A stretch of DNA of 63,725 nucleotides, filler included, from an uncultured Methanoregulaceae archaeon (lineage in GTDB: Archaea; Halobacteriota; Methanomicrobia; Methanomicrobiales; Methanospirillaceae), in NCBI GenBank assembly GCA_964530035.1. It is 4 parts of 4 records of this genome, joined end to end, with 100 filler letters (N's around TTAATTAATTAA, not from the genome) between each part and the next. Parts side by side here need not be neighbours in the genome. Positions count along the whole stretch, not along the records: positions 48,558 to 63,725 come from CAZGXZ010000044.1; 3 more parts are not named here. One strand, given 5' to 3'. This document shows, piece after piece, positions 59,804 through 63,725 of the stretch; positions within the stretch are counted from its first letter, which is position 1, and every line of letters starts with the position of its first letter. Both the position numbers and the translations under genes were made by a program. The notes beneath the pieces were generated by a model that was not told the DNA's origin, made no database searches, and saw only the letters and a list, made by a program, of their open reading frames with translations.

Positions 59804-60244
59804 TCATCCTGTCGCATGTGATTGTTCGAGCTGGAGTAACGCTGCCTTGATCTCTGGTGAAGGGGTGAAACCTCCAATCCCGTTGTATGCCACGACACGG
59901 TGGCACGGGATCACGAGGGGGGTCGGGTTCCATTTCATCGCGAGCCCCACCACCCGTGGGATGGTCCCTGCCCTTTTTGCGATATCCCCGTATGTGGCTG
60001 TTTCTCCGTAGGGTATTTGACATACTGCCTTGTATACGGTTTGATATGGGTATCCGGGCCCGAGAGCCGGGCTGGTCAGGGGGGAGAGGTCCCTGGACTT
60101 TCCGGCGAGAAACCTGATGACGGGTTCAGGTACGGGGCCGGGAACTGCTGAGGTCGTAAACCTGACACGGTGGACGGTCCTCCCTGATGCGGTAACCTCC
60201 ACCGACCACAGGCCGAACCGGCAGGACCCTACGATCGGTTCCAT
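59804..60244 (-). CDS. ogt: Methylated-DNA-protein-cysteine methyltransferase
   Basis: IPYGETATYG, NP.PLVIPCHRVV active site. Confidence 0.92.
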   Translation of the reverse strand: MEPIVGSCRFGLWSVEVTASGRTVHRVRFTTSAVPGPVPEPVIRFLAGKSRDLSPLTSPALGPGYPYQTVYKAVCQIPYGETATYGDIAKRAGTIPRVVGLAMKWNPTPLVIPCHRVVAYNGIGGFTPSPEIKAALLQLEQSHATG

Positions 60245-62241
60245 ACCTCTACCCTCTCCCTGAATGTCTGCATGGTAACCGGTGTCATTTCCTCCTGGAC
60301 CCAGGAAGGAAGAGCTTTTTTGACCCCTGCTTCCAGGAAACGGCGGTCTCCAAGGACTAGTACACCCCGATCTTCAGGTGTCCTCAGTACCCTTCCAAGG
60401 GCCTGCTGGGCCTTGTTGACGGCAGGCAGGGTATATGCAATGAATTCCCCTTCATCTCCGTATTTCATCCTGAAATACGCCAGGATCATCTGCCGTACAC
60501 GGTTGAAGGGTGCAAGCGGAAGTCCGATCACCATTGCTGCGGTCAGGAGGTCACCCCGGTAATCAAGTCCTTCGCTCCATTTCCCCCCGCATACGGCAAA
60601 CAGGACGCCTGATCGCTTTTTTTTGGGAAGGGAAAGGAACTCTCTGAGTGCGTCTCCGGCATCGGAGCTTTCCCGCGGTTCCACAAAAACCTTTTTTTCC
60701 AGGGGGGTGCTCTCCAACCTCCGGGCGAACTGTTCGAGCATCTGGTATGAAGGGAAATAAATGGCCAGGTTGCCCTTGAGCCTGCAGAAGTCCCGGATAT
60801 ATGCCTCGGTCATGTCCCGGTTGTTCCTGTCACTCCTGTGGGAATAACTCGTCGTGATGTCGCTTGAACACAGAACCATGCGATTTTGAACAGGAAAGGC
60901 ATTTTTCAGGGAGAGTGTTGTCACCGGCAGGCCACGGAAATACAGGTCCCGGTATGAATTAACCGGTGATAATGACCCTGAGATCAGTACCGTCGCAAAG
61001 TGCTGCCTCGCAAGGTCAGAGAGGTGTTTTCCCGGGTCAATGTTCTTTACAGACAGGACCAGGCCCGAAGGGTCCTTCCTGTAGACCGGGAGATACGACG
61101 GGTCGACTGAGGTGAGGGACAGGCGGTACATGAACTCGCTGACCTCTTCAATAGCCGTTTTCTGGTATATTCCAGATTTTACATTTTTTTCCCTGACAGC
61201 GTCCGCGAGTTGCATGAGGTCTGACACAACTTCGTCGATGTCCCTGAACAGGGACTCACGCATGACCATGCTCCTGAAGACCGCCGGGTCGAACCAGTCC
61301 TCGGGTTCAGGGAGCGTCCTTATACCTTCGAGAAAACCCGAGATGCGGGGAAGAAATGCCTGCACTGATGCGACAACTCCCGAGCGTGAGGAAAGACCGC
61401 CCAGCTCCCGGGATGCTTTTTCAAGCATCGCCTCGTGGACCTCGACGCTGACCGCCTGCTGCATGGCATCCCCGCAGTTGTGGGCCTCGTCGATGAGCAG
61501 AAGTGACCCGGCCGGGTCGATGGACAAGGATTCAAAAAGTTGTTCCCGGATTGTCTCTACAAAGAGGTGGGTGAAGTTGAGGACGATCACGTCTGCCTTC
61601 TGCGCGGCGAGCGTCATGGACTCGTAAGGACAGATGGCACATCCTCCGGCGGTTATCCCTGCAGGCACGATCTCTCCGGTGATAATGCGTTCCGCCCGGT
61701 CCCGTAATGCAGGAGAGGGGACCATTTTCAGCGCGCGGGTTTCTGTCTGGACAAACACCCTGCTTTCAATGAAATATCTGCAGAACTGGGGTGCGTCCCT
61801 CCTGTCCTTCCGGAGCTGGTGCTGGATGAACGCGTCCCTCGATGGGACGAGACTGCCGTGTTCAGCCCGGTCGCGCATGAGCCTGGTGGAGAGGTCCTTG
61901 AGACCTTCACAGGTATGATATACGTCTCCGAGGGCAGCAAAGGGACATACGGAGCCTTTGCCAATCAGAAAAGCATATTTTAAGGAAGGCTGTTTCTTCC
62001 TGATAAGTGAAAGCTCCCGAACGAAGGTGGAGAGCTGGCTGACCGTCCTGACCGCTACCAGGATCTTCCGGTGCTGTCGTGCGGATAAGAGTGCGGCGAT
62101 AACACTTGACTTTCCACTCCCCGTGGGGGCATCGATCATGGCGATCCCCCCGTTCCGGGCAACGTGTGCACACGTCTCGAGCATTTCCCTCTGGCCTGGC
62201 CTGAATGCATCGTAAGGAAACCACGCTTCGAGGGGGTCCAT
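60229..62241 (-). CDS. XPD/Rad3/DinG-family ATP-dependent DNA helicase
   Basis: FPY..FRPGQ Q-motif, APTGSGKS, Cys residues of the Fe-S domain, IDEAHN, FPSY, SEGLDY, QALGRVLR. Confidence 0.93.
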   Translation of the reverse strand: MDPLEAWFPYDAFRPGQREMLETCAHVARNGGIAMIDAPTGSGKSSVIAALLSARQHRKILVAVRTVSQLSTFVRELSLIRKKQPSLKYAFLIGKGSVCPFAALGDVYHTCEGLKDLSTRLMRDRAEHGSLVPSRDAFIQHQLRKDRRDAPQFCRYFIESRVFVQTETRALKMVPSPALRDRAERIITGEIVPAGITAGGCAICPYESMTLAAQKADVIVLNFTHLFVETIREQLFESLSIDPAGSLLLIDEAHNCGDAMQQAVSVEVHEAMLEKASRELGGLSSRSGVVASVQAFLPRISGFLEGIRTLPEPEDWFDPAVFRSMVMRESLFRDIDEVVSDLMQLADAVREKNVKSGIYQKTAIEEVSEFMYRLSLTSVDPSYLPVYRKDPSGLVLSVKNIDPGKHLSDLARQHFATVLISGSLSPVNSYRDLYFRGLPVTTLSLKNAFPVQNRMVLCSSDITTSYSHRSDRNNRDMTEAYIRDFCRLKGNLAIYFPSYQMLEQFARRLESTPLEKKVFVEPRESSDAGDALREFLSLPKKKRSGVLFAVCGGKWSEGLDYRGDLLTAAMVIGLPLAPFNRVRQMILAYFRMKYGDEGEFIAYTLPAVNKAQQALGRVLRTPEDRGVLVLGDRRFLEAGVKKALPSWVQEEMTPVTMQTFRERVEVWNRS

Positions 62242-62299
62242 GCCTGTACCTGTAGGCTTTCAGCCCATTTATTACTGCAGATATCCAACAAGGAGGCAT

Positions 62300-63640
62300 A
62301 TGGCGGTCCACCCGATAGAATACCGGTACGGAACCCCGGAGATGAGGGAAGTATGGAGCGAAGAACACCGGTTCGCCTCTATTGTCGCCGCCGAGGTCGC
62401 GCTTGCAAAGGCCCTTGCCGATACCGGGATGATACCCGCAGAGGCAGCGGAGATGATTTCTTCCCGGGCCGGGACGGCATCTCTGGAGAGAGCGAAGGAG
62501 ATCGAGTCACAGATTCATCATGACATGATGGCGGTCGTCAAGGCTGTATCCGAGGTATGTGGTGAGGCAGGGGGGTATGTGCACTATGGGGCGACTTCGA
62601 ACGACATCCTTGACACGGCGACCGGCCTCCAGATAAGGGACTCCCTCGCGATTATCGAGATGCGATTGAAAACCCTTTTGGGGACCCTTATTGATAAAAG
62701 CGAAGAGACAAAACACCTTGTCTGTGCAGCGCGGACCCACGGGCAGATCGGCGTTCCCACCACGTACGGGCTTCGGTTTGCCATCTGGGCAAGCGAGACC
62801 GCACGGCACCTTGTCCGGCTGCGGGAGCTCAAACCCCGGGTCGAGGTGGGACAACTGACAGGTGCCGTTGGGACGCAGGCGGCGCTTGGGTCCCGAGGGA
62901 TGGAGGTCCAGGCCACCATGATGGACTATCTCGGGCTCACCGCGGTGGATGTTTCCAACCAGATCATTTCAAGGGACCGTTATGCGGAATATTTCTTTTT
63001 CCTTGCCAATATTGCGACGACCCTCGATAAGATCGGCATCGAGGTCCGGTCCCTCCAGCGGACCGAGATTGGTGAGGTTGAGGAGGCATTTGGAAAGGAC
63101 CAGGTCGGGACCTCGACGATGCCCCACAAGAGAAACCCGATAAAATCGGAACAGGTCTGCGGGCTTGCACGGATCGTCCGTTCTGCCGTCGGCCCCGCCC
63201 TTCAGAACAATGCGCTCTGGGATGAACGCGACCTCACCAATTCGTCACCTGAGCGAATATTGTTCCCGGAGGCCACGATTTTATGCGACCATATCCTCGT
63301 CGTGATGGAAAAGGTGATCCGTGGTCTGACCATCAGAAAAGACCGGGTAAAAGAGAACCTCTGGGTCCTCCAGGGGGTCAACATGGCCGAATCGGTCATG
63401 ATAGAACTGGTGAAAAGGGGTGTGGGACGCCAGGAAGCACACGAGGTCGTCAGGACGGCGAGCATGGACGCCATTGCGATGAAACGTCCTCTTGATGAAG
63501 TCCTGCTTGAAAATCCGGCATTAAAGGGCATCTTTACGGCACGGGAACTCCGGGACCTTATCAATCCTGAATATTATGTAGGAACGGCCGTGGCGCAGGT
63601 GGAACGGGTTATCGCAAAATTGTCTCCGCTTGCCGGATAA
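62300..63640 (+). CDS. purB: Adenylosuccinate lyase
   Basis: HYGATSNDI, ARTHGQ, TSTMPHKRNP, WDERDLTNS; AGGAGG RBS before ATG 62300. Confidence 0.96.
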   Translation: MAVHPIEYRYGTPEMREVWSEEHRFASIVAAEVALAKALADTGMIPAEAAEMISSRAGTASLERAKEIESQIHHDMMAVVKAVSEVCGEAGGYVHYGATSNDILDTATGLQIRDSLAIIEMRLKTLLGTLIDKSEETKHLVCAARTHGQIGVPTTYGLRFAIWASETARHLVRLRELKPRVEVGQLTGAVGTQAALGSRGMEVQATMMDYLGLTAVDVSNQIISRDRYAEYFFFLANIATTLDKIGIEVRSLQRTEIGEVEEAFGKDQVGTSTMPHKRNPIKSEQVCGLARIVRSAVGPALQNNALWDERDLTNSSPERILFPEATILCDHILVVMEKVIRGLTIRKDRVKENLWVLQGVNMAESVMIELVKRGVGRQEAHEVVRTASMDAIAMKRPLDEVLLENPALKGIFTARELRDLINPEYYVGTAVAQVERVIAKLSPLAG

Positions 63641-63725
63641 ACAGATATAATCCTTATTTAATGAAATAAAGTAACTGTTCAGCCTTAGTGGTAAATCGCA
63701 GAGGGTAAGATAGGCATACCGTTGA

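Overview
Archaeal sequence from a hydrogenotrophic methanogen, most likely Methanomicrobiales (Methanoregula/Methanolinea-like). The placement is inferred from archaellins, thermosome, DGGGP synthase, an HdrA-like gene, archaeal CoaD, PAS-rich sensors and a PKD/PEGA surface protein. The window is four contigs joined by artificial N-TTAATTAATTAA-N linkers (16577-16676, 32568-32667, 48458-48557), so adjacency across linkers means nothing. Contig 1: ilvH end, a split branched-chain amino-acid ABC transporter with two binding proteins, glycan genes, a 14xPKD/2xPEGA surface protein, tRNA-Ser and a thermosome end. Contig 2: PAS sensors, SDR/DUF362/ADC-family accessory genes, soluble MCP, CheB, response regulator and histidine kinase. 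Contig 3: pyrBI, coaD, hdrA-like, mtnA, DGGGPS, tRNA-Arg, a small-protein + caspase-fold protease pair, and a cohesin/dockerin pair. Contig 4: two archaellins, ParA-CheW-CheR, rubredoxin, mobA, ogt, XPD-like helicase and purB. Best leads: (1) a coupled small helical protein + minimal clan-CD (His-Cys) protease module; (2) a ~480-bp structured non-coding element in three copies, always just 3' of a gene in the same relative orientation; (3) an archaeal cohesin-dockerin display system; (4) a ParC/ParP-like chemoreceptor-positioning operon whose ParA lacks a canonical start codon. All calls come from reading motifs by eye; no database search was run.
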